The notes under the pieces are model-generated. The model searched no databases. It saw nothing but the letters and a program-made list of their open reading frames with translations, and was not told the DNA's origin. Positions 18,585 through 32,600 of a stretch of 64,000 nucleotides of DNA are shown piece by piece. Numbering within the stretch: the stretch's first letter is position 1; each line of letters starts with the position of its first letter. The DNA is from Gammaproteobacteria bacterium (lineage in GTDB: Bacteria > Pseudomonadota > Gammaproteobacteria > Poriferisulfidales > Oxydemutatoraceae): NCBI GenBank assembly GCA_028817225.1, contig JAPPQC010000047.1:9284-73283 (forward strand). Direction: 5' to 3'. The position numbers and the translations under genes were made by a program.

Positions 18585-19901
18585 TCAGCGCGTCATGCGG
18601 CAGCGCGCCGACGCCTCGTGCGCGAACAGCCCCTCGGCGCGCGCCAGGCTGCGCGCAACCCGCCCCAGCCGGTCGGCGCTGCGCGGCGTGCAGCGCACGA
18701 CGCTGGTGCGCTTCTGAAAATCGTGCGCGCCGAGCGGCGAGAAAAAGCGCGCGCTGCCGCCGGTCGGCAACACATGGTTCGGCCCGGCGCAGTAATCGCC
18801 GAGCACCTCGGAAGTGTGGCGCCCGACGAAAACGGCGCCGGCGTTGCGCACGCCGCCAAGCAGTTCATCCGGGCGCTCGACCGACAGTTCCAGATGCTCC
18901 GGCGCCAACCGGTTGGCGATGGCGACGGCCTCGTCCAGATCGCCGACCTCGGCCATCAGACCGAAGTCGCGCAGCGACGCGCGGATGATGCCGGCGCGCG
19001 GCATGTCGCCGATCAGTTCGTTCATGCAGCGCAGCACCTGGTCCAGATAGCCGGCGTCGGGGCACAGCAGCATCGCCCGCGCCTGCTCGTCGTGCTCGGC
19101 CTGCGCGAACAGGTCGCACGCAATCCAGCGCGGCTCGGTGCGCCCGTCGCAGATGACCAGAATCTCGGACGGCCCAGCGATCAAATCCACGCCGACGCGC
19201 CCGAAGACCTGGCGCTTGGCCTCGGCGACCCAGGCGTTGCCGGGGCCGACAATCTTGCACACCGGCGCGACGCTGCGCGTGCCGTGCGCCAGCGCCGCCA
19301 CCGCGTGCGCGCCGCCGAGCGTGTAAATCTCCGACACACCGGCGATTTCCGCCGCCTTCATCACCGCCGCGTCCGGCGCGCCGTCGGCCACCGGCGCCAT
19401 CATGACAATGCGCCCGACACCGGCCACCTGCGCCGGCACGGCGTTCATCAGCACCGACGACGGATACGCCGCCTTGCCGCCGGGCACATAAATGCCGACC
19501 GACTCCAGCGCCGTTACGCGCTGCCCCAACTGCGCGCCGTCGTCGTCCTCAAACTGCCAGTCATGGAGCATCTGGCGTTCGGCGTAGCGCCGGATTCTGT
19601 CCGCCGCCTGTTCCAGCGCGTGCGCGACTTCCGGCGGCGCCGACGCGGCGATGGCGGCGGCGCGCTGCGGCGGCAGCCGCAATTCGGCGGCGTCGTTGAC
19701 TGCAAGCCCGTCAAGGCTCGCGGCGTATTCCACCAGCGCGTCGTCGCCGCGCTCGCGCACAGCGCCGATGATTTCGCGCACGCGCGCCTCAATATCGGCG
19801 GCGGCATCGGCGTGGCGCGCCGCGTAACGGCGCAGGCCGTCGTCAAACCCGCTGTCGCGGGTGCTCAGACGGGTGATTTCAATCGGCGCGGCGGACGGCA
19901 T
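18585..19901 (-). CDS. hisD: Histidinol dehydrogenase
   Basis: 438 aa, typical HisD throughout. Confidence 0.95.
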   Translation of the reverse strand: MPSAAPIEITRLSTRDSGFDDGLRRYAARHADAAADIEARVREIIGAVRERGDDALVEYAASLDGLAVNDAAELRLPPQRAAAIAASAPPEVAHALEQAADRIRRYAERQMLHDWQFEDDDGAQLGQRVTALESVGIYVPGGKAAYPSSVLMNAVPAQVAGVGRIVMMAPVADGAPDAAVMKAAEIAGVSEIYTLGGAHAVAALAHGTRSVAPVCKIVGPGNAWVAEAKRQVFGRVGVDLIAGPSEILVICDGRTEPRWIACDLFAQAEHDEQARAMLLCPDAGYLDQVLRCMNELIGDMPRAGIIRASLRDFGLMAEVGDLDEAVAIANRLAPEHLELSVERPDELLGGVRNAGAVFVGRHTSEVLGDYCAGPNHVLPTGGSARFFSPLGAHDFQKRTSVVRCTPRSADRLGRVARSLARAEGLFAHEASARCRMTR

Positions 19902-19904
19902 GAC

Positions 19905-19985
19905 GGACGGCGGCGGAATGCGGCGTTGAGCAGCGTTGCTTTGGCGGGGCGTTGCGTTGGCGGCGGCGGAATGCGGCGTTGCGAC
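19905..19985. repeat. Tandem duplication (~50-bp period) in the aroG-hisD spacer
   Basis: The motif cggcggcggaatgcggcgttg occurs twice, 50 bp apart, between the DAHP synthase stop and the hisD start. Confidence 0.6.
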
Positions 19986-20000
19986 AACGGCCCCGCAGCG

Positions 20001-21065
20001 TCAGCGCTCGCGCGCGGCGCGGCCCGCCTCGACGCCTTCGGCCAGTTGCTCAAGCAGCGGGACGGTGTCGTCCCAGCCGAGGCAGGCGTCGGTGATGCTC
20101 TGGCCGTACACCAGTTCCCTGCCCGGCTCGAGGTCCTGCCGCCCCTCGACCAGGTTGCTCTCGACCATCACGCCCATGATGCGCTCCTCGCCGGCGCGCA
20201 ACTGGTCGGCGACGGCCTTGCCGACGATCATCTGCCGGCGGTGCTGCTTGAGGCTGTTGGCGTGGCTGAAGTCCACCATCATCTTCGGCAACTGGCCGGC
20301 CTCGGTCAGCCTGCGCGCGGCCTCGTCCACGCTGCCGGCGTCGTAGTTCGTCTGCTTGCCGCCGCGCATGATGATGTGGCAGTCGCGGTTGCCGCCGGTC
20401 GAGAAAATCGCCGAGCGCCCCTGCTTGGTGACCGACAGAAAGTGATGCGGGCGCGACGCCGAACGCAGCGCGTCAATTGCAATCTGGATGTTGCCGTCGG
20501 TGCCGTTCTTGAAGCCGACCGGGCACGACAGCCCCGACGCCAGTTCGCGGTGCGACTGGCTTTCGGTCGTGCGCGCGCCGATGGCGCCCCAACTGATGAG
20601 GTCGGAGACATACTGCGGGCTGACCAGGTCGAGATACTCGGTCGCCGCCGACACGCCGCGGCTGTTCAGGTCGAGCAGCAGGCTGCGCGCGGTCCTGAGG
20701 CCGCGGTTGATGTCAAAACTGTCGTCGAGGCCGGGGTCGTTGATCAGCCCCTTCCAGCCGACCGTCGTGCGCGGCTTCTCGAAATAAACGCGCATGATGA
20801 TGTGCAGCGCGCCGGCGTAGTCGTCAATGCACGGGCGCAGCCTGCCGGCGTATTCCAGCGCCGAATCCACATGGTGCACCGAGCACGGCCCGACGACGAC
20901 GACGATGCGCGAATCGCGCCCGTGCAGGATGTTCTGCACCGCCTCGCGCGAACGGTGCACGCATTCGGACACCCCGTCGCTGATGGGCAGTTGCGCGACC
21001 AGCGCCTCGGGCGCGACCAGTTCCCTGATTTCGCGTATTTTCAGATCGTCGGTCTGGTATCTCAT
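20001..21065 (-). CDS. 3-deoxy-7-phosphoheptulonate (DAHP) synthase, class I (AroG/F/H type)
   Basis: Begins MRYQTDDLKIREIRELVAPEAL, carries ...GPCS... and other class-I DAHP synthase hallmarks, 354 aa. Confidence 0.92.
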   Translation of the reverse strand: MRYQTDDLKIREIRELVAPEALVAQLPISDGVSECVHRSREAVQNILHGRDSRIVVVVGPCSVHHVDSALEYAGRLRPCIDDYAGALHIIMRVYFEKPRTTVGWKGLINDPGLDDSFDINRGLRTARSLLLDLNSRGVSAATEYLDLVSPQYVSDLISWGAIGARTTESQSHRELASGLSCPVGFKNGTDGNIQIAIDALRSASRPHHFLSVTKQGRSAIFSTGGNRDCHIIMRGGKQTNYDAGSVDEAARRLTEAGQLPKMMVDFSHANSLKQHRRQMIVGKAVADQLRAGEERIMGVMVESNLVEGRQDLEPGRELVYGQSITDACLGWDDTVPLLEQLAEGVEAGRAARER

Positions 21066-21069
21066 CGTG

Positions 21070-21711
21070 TCATTCCGGGCGCGCCGCGGCGCCGAAGCGT
21101 TCGGCGACGGCGCGCATCGCCGAACCCTTTATTCTCATGGAAGCGCGGTTTGCAATCAAGCGCGCGCTGATGGCGGCAATCTCCTCGATCTCGGCGAGGC
21201 CGTTGGTGCGCAGCGTCTCGCCGGTGTCCACCAAGTCCACAATCAGGTCGGACAGGCCGAGGATCGGCGCCAGTTCCATCGAGCCGTAGAGTTTGACGAT
21301 GTCGGCCTGGCGCCCGCCCTGCGCGAAGTGGCGGCGCGCTGTCGCGACATATTTGGTCGCCACGCGCGGGCGCCGCGGCGGCGCGCGGCGGCGCGCCGGG
21401 CCGGCGACGACCATGCGGCAGCGGGCGATGCCGAGGTCGCACAACTCATAGTAGCCGCGCCCGGCGTGCTCCATCAGCATGTCCTTGCCGGCGATGCCGA
21501 AATCGGCGGCGCCGTGTTCGACGAAGGTCGGCACATCGGCGGCGCGGATGATGACAATCTCGGCACCGCCGTCGTCCGTGCACGGCATCACCAGGCGGCG
21601 CTCGCGCAGCGGGTCGCCGTCCGGCGCGAGGCCGGCGCGCCCGAGCAGCGGCAGCGCCTCGCGCAGCAGCCGCCCCTTGGCGACGGCGATTCTGAAACGC
21701 GCGGCGGTCAT
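21070..21711 (-). CDS. hisG: ATP phosphoribosyltransferase, short form
   Basis: Begins MTAARFRIAVAKGRLLREALPLL. It is 213 aa from the internal Met. The ORF-track N-terminal extension overlaps murA and is rejected. Confidence 0.9.
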   Translation of the reverse strand: MTAARFRIAVAKGRLLREALPLLGRAGLAPDGDPLRERRLVMPCTDDGGAEIVIIRAADVPTFVEHGAADFGIAGKDMLMEHAGRGYYELCDLGIARCRMVVAGPARRRAPPRRPRVATKYVATARRHFAQGGRQADIVKLYGSMELAPILGLSDLIVDLVDTGETLRTNGLAEIEEIAAISARLIANRASMRIKGSAMRAVAERFGAAARPE

Positions 21712-21718
21712 CGCGCCG

Positions 21719-23005
<1,287 letters not shown>

Positions 23006-23602
23006 TCAGGAGGCGGTGTTCAGGCGCCTGAGCAGCGAATCAAAGCCGTCTTCGCGAATTTCGCGGTCAAAACTCTGCCTGAACTGCTTGACCAGGCTGA
23101 GGCCGTCAATCACCAGATCGAAGACCTGCCATCTGCCGTTCCTGTCGTGCATCATGTAGTTGATGCTGAGAGGCGGCTCGTTGGCCTCGAAGGTGACATC
23201 GCTCGCGACCAGCACATACTTGCCGCCGCCCGCCTTCTGCGGCGCGCGGAAACGAATCCGGTCCACCTCGGTCAGCAGTGTCAGCGATTTGCCGTAACTG
23301 CGTATCAGCAGCGACTCCATCGCCGCGGTGAAATTCCGGCGCTGCCCGTCGCCGAGGCCCTTCCAGTGCCTGCCGAGCACCAGGCGGCTCAGGGTCGCGG
23401 TGTCCACCGCCGGCAGAATGCGCTGGCGAATCAGCCGGAACAGCGCGTCGTCGTTGTTCTGATACAGCGCCTTGTTGGCCTTGACCTCGGTCAGCAATTC
23501 CTGCACCAGGCCGTCCACGGCCTTCTTCGCCGCGCCGGTGTCGGCGCAAACCGGCGACGCCAGCGCGAGGCCAGCCATCAGCGCCAGCGCGCCCCGCGTC
23601 AT
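23006..23602 (-). CDS. mlaC: Phospholipid-binding periplasmic protein MlaC (Ttg2D family)
   Basis: A signal peptide followed by an MlaC fold. It sits 3 bp upstream of murA and 3 bp downstream of the giant gene. No mlaFEDB genes are in the window. Confidence 0.8.
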   Translation of the reverse strand: MTRGALALMAGLALASPVCADTGAAKKAVDGLVQELLTEVKANKALYQNNDDALFRLIRQRILPAVDTATLSRLVLGRHWKGLGDGQRRNFTAAMESLLIRSYGKSLTLLTEVDRIRFRAPQKAGGGKYVLVASDVTFEANEPPLSINYMMHDRNGRWQVFDLVIDGLSLVKQFRQSFDREIREDGFDSLLRRLNTAS

Positions 23603-26600
23603 GCCTTTCCTCCTGCACCGCGCGCGGCGTTCGGAAAACGCCGCCGCAAAAACATGCACAGCGCGCCGAGCATCAGCATCAGCAGCCCGGCAACACCGAA
23701 ACTGCCGCCGCCCGCGCCGACTCCGCCGCCGCCACCGGCGCGCAGCCCGAGCGGATCGTGGACGACGCCGTTGGGAAGCGCCTCATCCTCGTCATATTCG
23801 CCGCCGTCGGCGACATAAACCACCAGGCAGGCGTCGCCGCCCGACTTCGGACGCCTGAGACCGCCGCTGTCGCGGTACGGGCTGTCCGCAGCCCCGGTGT
23901 CGTCGGGGCACGCGCCGTTGGCGAGCGGTGCAAAGCCATAGTCGTTGCCGCCGGGCAAGGCCGCGAACGGCTCGGAGGCGCCGTCTTCGCGGTATTTGAA
24001 CAGCGCCAGGTTGGCGTCGGCATAGAGCGATTCCGGCAGCGGAATGATCACGCCGGCGCGGCCTCCGGCCACCGTCGTCGCGGTCGAGTTTTGCGCCATC
24101 CCCGATGAGTAATCCACATCATACACGCTGAAATCATACACCACTTCAAAGCCCTCGACATCGAAGAACGACGCCGCCCAGGTGTCGTACGACGGCGCCG
24201 CGCCGGGCATCAGGTCTTCCCTGTCCGCCGCGCGCCTCAGCGTCGCCGCGCCGAGGCGCACGCTTTGCCCCGGCAGCACCGGGCGGATGTGGTGCCACGA
24301 ATCGGCGCCCGCAAGGCTCCCGTCCGTGTCCAGCACCGCCACCGGCAGGCCGCTGTCGTCTTCGTACAAATCGCTGTCGTCGGCGATGCCGTCCCGGTCG
24401 CCGTCGCTTGCGGCCACAGCCGCCAGCGCATGGGCCGACGGCACAATCGGCCACGAAACCGTCACCGTCGCGGTGGCGCCGCGCCCGGGCGCCGAGATGC
24501 GCAGCGTCACCGAAGTCGGCGTCGTAACCGCCGCCACCGTCAGCGCGACTTCAATGTCGGCGCCCGAACGCACCGCCGACAGCGCCGACAACGCGGCGGC
24601 GCCGGCGCCGGTCGCGGTCACCACAGGCGCGAGGCTCGGGTGCGGATTCTCGACCGGCAGTTGGACGGCGAACACGCCCGCCGACAGCACCGAACGCACA
24701 TCGCCGTCGCCGCGCCCGGCGCCGCTGAACAGCACCGGCGAACCGACCGTCGGCGGCAGCGAGTCGTCGCCAAGCCGCACCACCGTCGTCTGCGTCGCCA
24801 GCCCCAGCGAATAACTGTTTGCCGTCAGCGCGGCGGTGTCGGTGCCGGCACGCCACAACGACGCGCCGGCGCCCGACAGCCCGGCGATGCCCCAGGTGCG
24901 CGAAGCGGTCACGGCGCTTTTTGCGACCGTGAACGAAAAGGTTTTCCTGCCCGTCTGCATCTCACCGGTCGTGAACGACAGCGTCAAATCCGACGCCGCC
25001 TCGGGGCCGTCGTGGTTCGCCTCGACCGCAACCGTGGCCGAGTCGGCGTCGGCGGCCAGGAAGAACAGCCGTTCGCTGTTCATGTTCAATTCCGGCACGC
25101 GGACGATGCGCTGCTCAGACAGCGTGCTTGTCGTGGCCTGCGGCAGCCAGTAGCCCGCCGCGTCCGCCGCCAGCCACCCGATCCGGTGCTCAACGCCGGC
25201 CCGGATGTCGGCAAAATCCACGACCGCGCAGCCGCCGCGCGCCACCGGCGCCCGGTAATTGGCCGGGAAGCGCCCGGTGCAGCCGTAGCCGGGTTCGCCC
25301 GGCGCCGGCGTGTAGCCGAAGGTGTCGCTCAGGTACCAGGCGGTGAGCCTGGCGGCGACGGTGCCGGTCGTGCCGATGCCGAGATGGGCGTCGGCGCCGA
25401 GCACGCGGATGCCCGAATACGCGATGCGGGCGATGTCCGAAACGCCGCGGCCCAACACGACTTGCGGCAGCGCCGCACGCTCGGCGTCCGACAGCGGCGC
25501 CAGCGGATTGCCGCCGTATTCAATTTCCGCCGCATCCGGAATGCCGTCGCCGTCGCCGTCGTCGGTCAGGCCCTCGGCCACGCGCAGTTCCAGAACCCGC
25601 GCAATCCGGTTGGGCGCGGCGTTCAGGCCGCGCAGGTCGGCGTTGTCGTAAATGCCGGCGCCGGCGGCGGGCGGCGTATAGCGCACCCACACCGCGGTTT
25701 CGGTGCCCTGAATCACCGTGTCCAGTTGCAGTTCTATGCCGGTGATGCGCGCCGCGCCCGGTTGCGCCGAAACGCGGTACGCCGCCCGCTCGACGGCGAC
25801 GCTGGCGCTCGTCATTTGCCCCATCTGATGGCCCGGCAGCACCTCGAAACCTTCCAGCGCATCGCCGTCGGCGAGTTCCGCGCCGGCGGCCAGCGCCCGC
25901 GCCGGTTCGTCGAACCGCAGCCACAAACGGCTGCCGGCGTAGCCCGCGCCGTGCAGGCGCGGCGGCGAGACATCGGACACATCCGCCGACGCCGACAAAC
26001 AGCCCGTCATCGTCTCGTCGGTGTCGTAGTACGGGCAATCCTCAAGCGTCCTGGTCATCGGCGCCATGCTTTCCGTCGCGCCGGTGTCGCGCAGGAAAAT
26101 CGCATAGCCGCGAACCATCCGTTCCGGGCGCTGCACGCCGTTGTATGCGACGACAACCCTCGCCTGCGACATCGAACTGGCCACCGACGAAGGCGGGATG
26201 CCGGCGGCGAGCGCGCCGTCCAGCACATTGCCGATTGGCACCGCCCCCGCCCTCGTCAGCGGCGGCTGATTCCTGCCGGGCGCCGAATACAGCGCCAGCG
26301 CGGCGCTTGAAATGGTGACCGGCTCGGTGAACGCCAGCAGATAGCGCAAATCAAACACGCCGGTGTTGGGCGCGCGCTCGACCGACGACAGCACCGAAAA
26401 CTCGGCCACCTCCGGCGCGCCGCTCTCCGGAACGGTCGCCGTGAAAGTCATGTCGTCGTTCTGCGTGTTGCCGAAAATGTCGGTCAGCCGCCCGCCCGGT
26501 ATCGTGAACCGGAAACGCTCGCCGCCGACCGCCGACTCGCCGTTGTCGAGCGTGCCCGTCAGGCGCGCGCGGAATGTCAGCGTCGTCTCGTCCTCGCCGA

Positions 26601-29600
26601 CCGCCACCCGCACATCGGTCGCGGCGCCGTAGCGCACCAGTTCCATGCCGGACACCGTCGCGAACGGCCCGGCGGGCGGCACCGCCGCGCCGTTGCGGCT
26701 GCGCACGCCGAAGTTGTTCATGAAAGTCGCGGCGCTTGCCGTCGTCAGCACATCCTCAATCGTTACTTCCAGCAACAGTTCGGTGGGGCTGCCCGGCACC
26801 GCCGTCGCCTGCGCGGCGGCGCCGACCTGCGGCGCGTTGGCATCGCCGGCGGGCTGCACCTCGCTCCAGACCGGGCGCGCCGGCGCATAGTTTGCAAAAG
26901 ACCGGCCTTCGTCGTCGCTGATTCGCGCCGCCGCCTGCGTCTGCTCAAGGCGCACGATGTAATGCGCCAGCGTCGTCGTCGTGATGTTGATTGCGGACAG
27001 GCCGGTGACGGTCAATTCCCATGTGTCGGAATACACGACGCTGCCCGATGTCATCGCAACCGCGGGCGCGTCGGTGACCGGCGCCGCCGTGAACGACGAA
27101 TAGGCCGTCGCCGATGTCGCCAGGTTCATCACGCCGGCGTCGCTCGTCAGGCTGTCGGCCAGCGCGGCGAGGTCGGCGCCCTCGGCCACCTCCGGCGCCG
27201 AGAACAGCGTGAAACTGTCGGTACTGACGCCGGCCACCGCCTCGGTGAAGCGAAGCCGCCAGGCCATCATCAGCGTGCCGCCGCCGTCGGGCGCAACCCG
27301 GTGGCGGCGGAAGTCGGGCACCGGCGCGCCCGGCGCGCGCAGCCGCAACTGCGGCGGCGCGTTCTCGGGGAAGGCCAGTTGCCGCCGGTATTCGGCGCTG
27401 TTGGCGTCCGCCACCGCATCGGCGACGGCGCCTGCGGCGAGCGTGACGGTGATGGCCTCGACGCCGTCCGGCGAACCGCCGCTGACCGGCGCCGCGCCGC
27501 TGGTTTGCAGCGGAATGTGCAAATTGGCGCCGTCGGCCACGGCATCGCCGGCAAGCGCCGCACCGGTTATCCATTCGCTGGAGGTGGTGACGGCAATCTG
27601 CGCGCGCGCCGCGAAGTCGTTCAGCGTGACCGCCTCGTTGAACACCAGCGTCGCGGTCGCCCGGTTGCCCGCGGGAAAGTCCATCAAGGCGCCCGTCAGC
27701 ACCGGCGCGACGGTGTCCGCCACCTCGTGCGCATCACCGGTGAACGGCAGGCCCTCGATGCCCTGCCCCGGCGCGTCCCTTGCGGCGATGGTCGCGCTCT
27801 CATCCACTTGCAGGCGGTAGAAAACGGGCGCGCCAATCCGCTGGACCAGGCTGCCGGTCGAGACGATGTATTCGCGCGAGACAATGCTGTCGGCGTTGAC
27901 GACCGTGCCGCCCAGCGCCGTTTCATCGGCGCAGGAATCGGCGGCGGCGTCCACCGCGCACACGACAAAGTCGCCGCTGCCGACGCCGCTGACCGGCTCG
28001 GTGAAAACAACCGTCCAGCCGGCGCTGGAGGTGGTGTCCGGGTTTTCCTGTGCATCGCCGCGCGCCGCCGCCGAAACCACCCGCGGCGCCGCCGTGTCGT
28101 GCAGCGTGAAGAAGTCGGTGCGCGCCGCCACGCTGTTGCCGTCAAAACCGCCGGCGGGGATGTCCTCGATGGCGCCTTCGGGGAAGGCGATTTGCAGGAA
28201 ATTCGTCGCCGTGACCGGCACCGCGCCGTCCAGCGGCGCAGGCCCGCTGATTTCAAGCGCAAGGCGCAATTCCCCCGCCTCCAGCACCGCGCCGGTTACG
28301 CGGATGCCGCTGATGGCGTCGTTCAGGACCGCGGTGCGGTCGTAGCCCGCCGGGTCGCCGGCAAGCGACGCCGCCGACGCCGTCGAGAGTCCGGCGTTGA
28401 ACAGCGCAACCAGGGCGTCGGTTGTCGCCGCCGCGCGCCGCACATCCTCGTCAAAGCGGTAGATGATGGTCGTGTTGCCGGTCGAGATGGAGGGCGGCGC
28501 GGTCAGCCGCGGCGGCGTCTCGTCGCGCAGCGTCAGCACGCCGCGCGCGCCGTCGGGGCCGGTTTGCACGACGCCGCCGAGGGCGCGGGTTTTCGGCGGC
28601 ACTTCGCGGATGACATTGGTGTCGGTCGTCGCCGGCAGGTAATACAACGGCGCGCCCGACGGCTCGGCCAGTTCAATGGTGTAACCGGCGGTCGAGGCGG
28701 CGGCGGTGAACTCGAAACCCGCGCCGGCGAAGGTGTCGGCGCCGCGGCGGGATTGGGCGTCGCTGACGCTCGCGGTGCTCGAGGCCAGCGCGTAAATGTC
28801 AAAACTGTTGGCCGCCACGCCGGTGACCGGCTCAGTGAAAGTGACCGTCCATGTAACCCGTCTCGTCGTGCCGCCGGCGACAAGGCCGGCTTGCGCCTCG
28901 ACGGCGGCGATGACCGGCGCGGCGTTGTCGTTGAACCCGAAGTCCGCCGTCTCGCCGCTTGCCAGCAGGTTGCCGGTCGCATCCTGCCAGCGTATGCCGG
29001 CGTCGCCGGTGTAGGTCAGCAGCGTGATGCGCGCGCGCTCGCGCCCTTCGGGCGAGGCGCCGTTCAGCGGCGGCGGCCCCTGTGTCGCGACGGCGAACCG
29101 CACCTCGGTGCTGCCCCCCGCCGGAATCGTCGGAAACGATGTCAATGCCGCCGTCGTAATCCAGCCGCCCGGACTGTCGGTGATTTCAATGTCGGCAATG
29201 CTGCCCGTCGCCGCGTCAAACTGCACCGGCTCGCTGAAGGTCAGCGTCAGGTTTGCGTTGGCGTCGTCGAGGCGGGCGCTCATCAGCGTCGGCGCAACAA
29301 GGTCTTCCGAGGTGTGGAAGGCGCCGCGGCGGTTGTGCCCGCCCATCGTCGCGCGCCGGTCTTCGGCGGGGAACAGCGCGTTGCCGGCGTCGTCGGCGAT
29401 GGCGGCGGCGATCAATTCAACGGTGTAGCCGAAGCCCGCCGGCGGGTACTGCGACGGCGTCAGCGGCCCGAGCGCAATCGCGTAGGTCGCGCTGGCGGCG
29501 CCGGCGCTTTGCCGCGTCACCATCACATTCACATCGTTCGCGAGTTGGCCGCCGGTGTTTTCGCCTGCGAGGCTCACCTCCAGCACGCGGATGCCGCTGC

Positions 29601-32600
29601 TTTGCAGGTTCACGCGTTCGCTGAAGCGGGCGCGGAAATTCATCACATAGCCGCCGGAAGCCGATGTCCGGTTGACCGCCGTGAACTCGAGCAGCCCCGG
29701 CCTCAGGTCGTCGCCGAACGCCAGCGCCCGCGACGGCGTCTGGTGCGTCTCCGCCGGGTGGTCTTCGGCGTCCGCGACATTGTCGGTGATGTCGCCGACG
29801 AAGTTCCGCGCCAGCCGGATTTGCAGCCGCTCGGCGCCGTTTGCCGAGCGCGCCGCGCCTTCCTGAACGGCGCCGCCGAGCGTGCGCACAACCAGCGTCG
29901 CCGTCGTGTTCGAGTCGGTCGCCAGCGAAACCACCTCGACGCCGGTGATGCCGTCCGGGTTCAGCACCGACAGCACAAAGTCGGCGGTGGAGACGGCGGC
30001 GGCGTTGAAGTCGGGGCTGAAGGCGAGGCGCACGGTGTCGTTGTTGTCAAACGACGCCGCCGTCATCTCCGGCGCGGCGTTGTCGTGCGCCGGCAGTCGC
30101 GCCAGATGGTAGCCGGCGGCGACGCTCGCGCCGTCGCCCGCCGTCAGGCTTTGCCCGGCGGCGACGGCGACGGCGCCGCCGGCGGAATCGCCCGACAGCG
30201 TCAGTTCAATGACGCGCGGCGACGCCAGCGCGGCGGCGGTGATGGAAACGCCGCCGCCGGTGTGCGCGAAAACCGCCGGCGAAAGCGGCCCTTGCAGCGG
30301 CTCGCTCATCACCAAGTCAACGCGCCGCCCGTCGCCGTACAGATTCACCTCCACCGCCCACGGGTCGCCGTTGGTGGCGATGTCGTCGAAGCGGTTGCCG
30401 GCGTACGCCAGATGGCCGCGGTCGCGCCCGCCCGCCACCAGCGTTCGCAGGCCGCTCCAGCCGACTGCGGCGATGCCGACATCGGTGCGGGTGGCGGTGT
30501 CGGCGATGTCGCACTCCACACGGAACAGGTCGCGGTAGTCCGTCGTCAGTTCGCCGAAGCGCGTGCGGTTGGCGGCGGCGTCGCCGGCGTCGTAGGCATC
30601 GGCGCCTGTGGCGGTGAAAGTCCACGCCGTCGTGCCGGTCGCCGCCGTCATCGCCGTTTGCAGATAGAACCCGTCTTGACGGGTCGCGGTCAGGCCGGCC
30701 CTCGCGGCGCGGCAGTTGTTCAGGACAGCGGCGTCGTGGGCGATGCCGAATGTCGTCTGCGACAAAAAGGCGCTGCGCGCGGCGCCGTCCGGCGGCGTCA
30801 GCCGCGCCTGTGCGTCAAACGAGAAGGTCGCGCCGTTGACGACCGGGTTGGCGAGTTGATAGGCAATTCGGCTGTCGTCGCCGCAATCATCGCAGGCCAG
30901 CATCTCCGGGGTGTCGGCGTAGAGACTGTTGCCGACAACAGTGCTGAACCCGACGGGGGTCTCGTCGTCTATCGTCACCGTGGCGGTGGGCCGCGCCGAC
31001 GCGACCCGCGACCCCGAACTGCCGTCAAACTGAAGGCTCAGTGTGAACACCTCGTCCGGTTCCGACACCAAATCGTCCAGAATCTCCAGATTCAGGCAGC
31101 GCCTCTGCTCCGAGGCGGAACTCGTGAAATCGGCGAGGCGGCCGTCGCCGGTCAGCGTGTAATCCGTGTCGCGCGCGGCGGTGACGCTGTTCACGGCGAC
31201 GCTCGCCGTCACCGTCCGGTTGAGACTGTAGCCGGGAACGACGACGCAAATCGTCGTCGTCACGCCTTCGGCCAGCGTGTATTCCGCCTGCTCAAAATCA
31301 ACCCGGATGTCGTCGTCGTCCGCGATGATGATTGTTCTGGTTGTTCTATGAATCTCCAAGCCGCTGGTAAATCCCGCGACCACCTGTCCGCTGTCGTAAC
31401 TCAGTTGAAACGCCTTGTCTTCTTCCGCGACATCGTCGTCAATCAGAACCAGCGGAGGATGGACAACTCTCGAATCAAATGTGTTGCTCCGTGCTCCCCG
31501 CCTGATGGATGTGGATGTGGTCAGGCGATAGTCCTGACCCTCCACGGCGTCAAACATGGCGCCGGGCGCGGCGCCCGTCTCCCAGGGAAAATCCACATCC
31601 CGCACCGAGGCCGATGACAGATGCGGAGCCTGATCCGGCCTCAAGGTTCCCTGCGATTCGGATACCCGGATGGGGGTTGTTCTGGCAGTGTTGCGGTCTA
31701 TCCTCCAGCGATTTTCCCGAATAAACTCGTTGTCCAATACCGCCAGCACTGTCTCCTGCACCGGGGAAAAGTTGGCGGCAATTCTCGGATCCTGCTGCTC
31801 ACCCAACTCCCTGGCTTCAGCATGCGTAAGGATGCGAACATCGAACAACTCTTCATCTTCAAGCCCAACACTGTCATCAACGATGTCAAAGTTACTGACC
31901 TCAATGGTAGAGTTCAATCCGAAGGAGCGTGTAAATACGCGCCCAAGACTCGGAAGACTCGGAACAACGGTATCGCGCAGGATTTCCTGCAAAGATCCCC
32001 GAAAAACAATCCGCAAAGCCGGCTGGCCGTCAAATCGGTTTGCGCCGACATTCGTTATCTGCACGAAAAACCCCGGGTCGGATCTCGTATCTTCAACAAA
32101 ATCATGCCGGTCTCTCAAGAAGCCAAACACCAAACGGTCATCTTCCTGAATGGTGATGCCGGTGGTGCTCGCCTCGCCCGCCGTGACCAGCCCGCTGGCG
32201 CTGGTTCCGCCAATCAGCGCGTCATCAATGACAAGGCCCAGCGTTCTGGTGGTCTCGTACCCGTTCACATGCGGTATCGCGATTTTCGCCGGCGCGCCCG
32301 TCTCGCCGGCGGGCAGTGTTACCCGCGTGTTCGCCGTGCCGGCGGGCAGCGCCGTATCGCCGGCGGCGTTGAAGAAGCGGTAATCCCCGGTGCCGGCGAC
32401 AACGCCCATGCTCGTGGGGATGCTCAGGCTGAGCGGCGCAAGCCTCACCGTCACATCCTCCCCGGCCGTGCCGGGCGGCTCAAACCGCAGCCGCGGGTTG
32501 GCGGTGTTGGTGGCGCCGGGCGCCGCCTCGCTGATCAGATAACCGGTGCGCTCAAACACCACCCGCCGCGGGTCGCTTTGGGCGATGGTCGCGCTCTGCG

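Noticed and set aside
18486-21170. 894-aa plus-strand ORF opposite hisD and the DAHP synthase gene, and similar long antisense ORFs (272-1792, 5875-7146, 10194-11615, 39685-41763, 50291-52870, 53813-55324, 61446-63119)
   Set aside because: All lie antisense to well-supported housekeeping genes and have low-complexity Arg/Ala-rich translations, which are high-GC artefacts.
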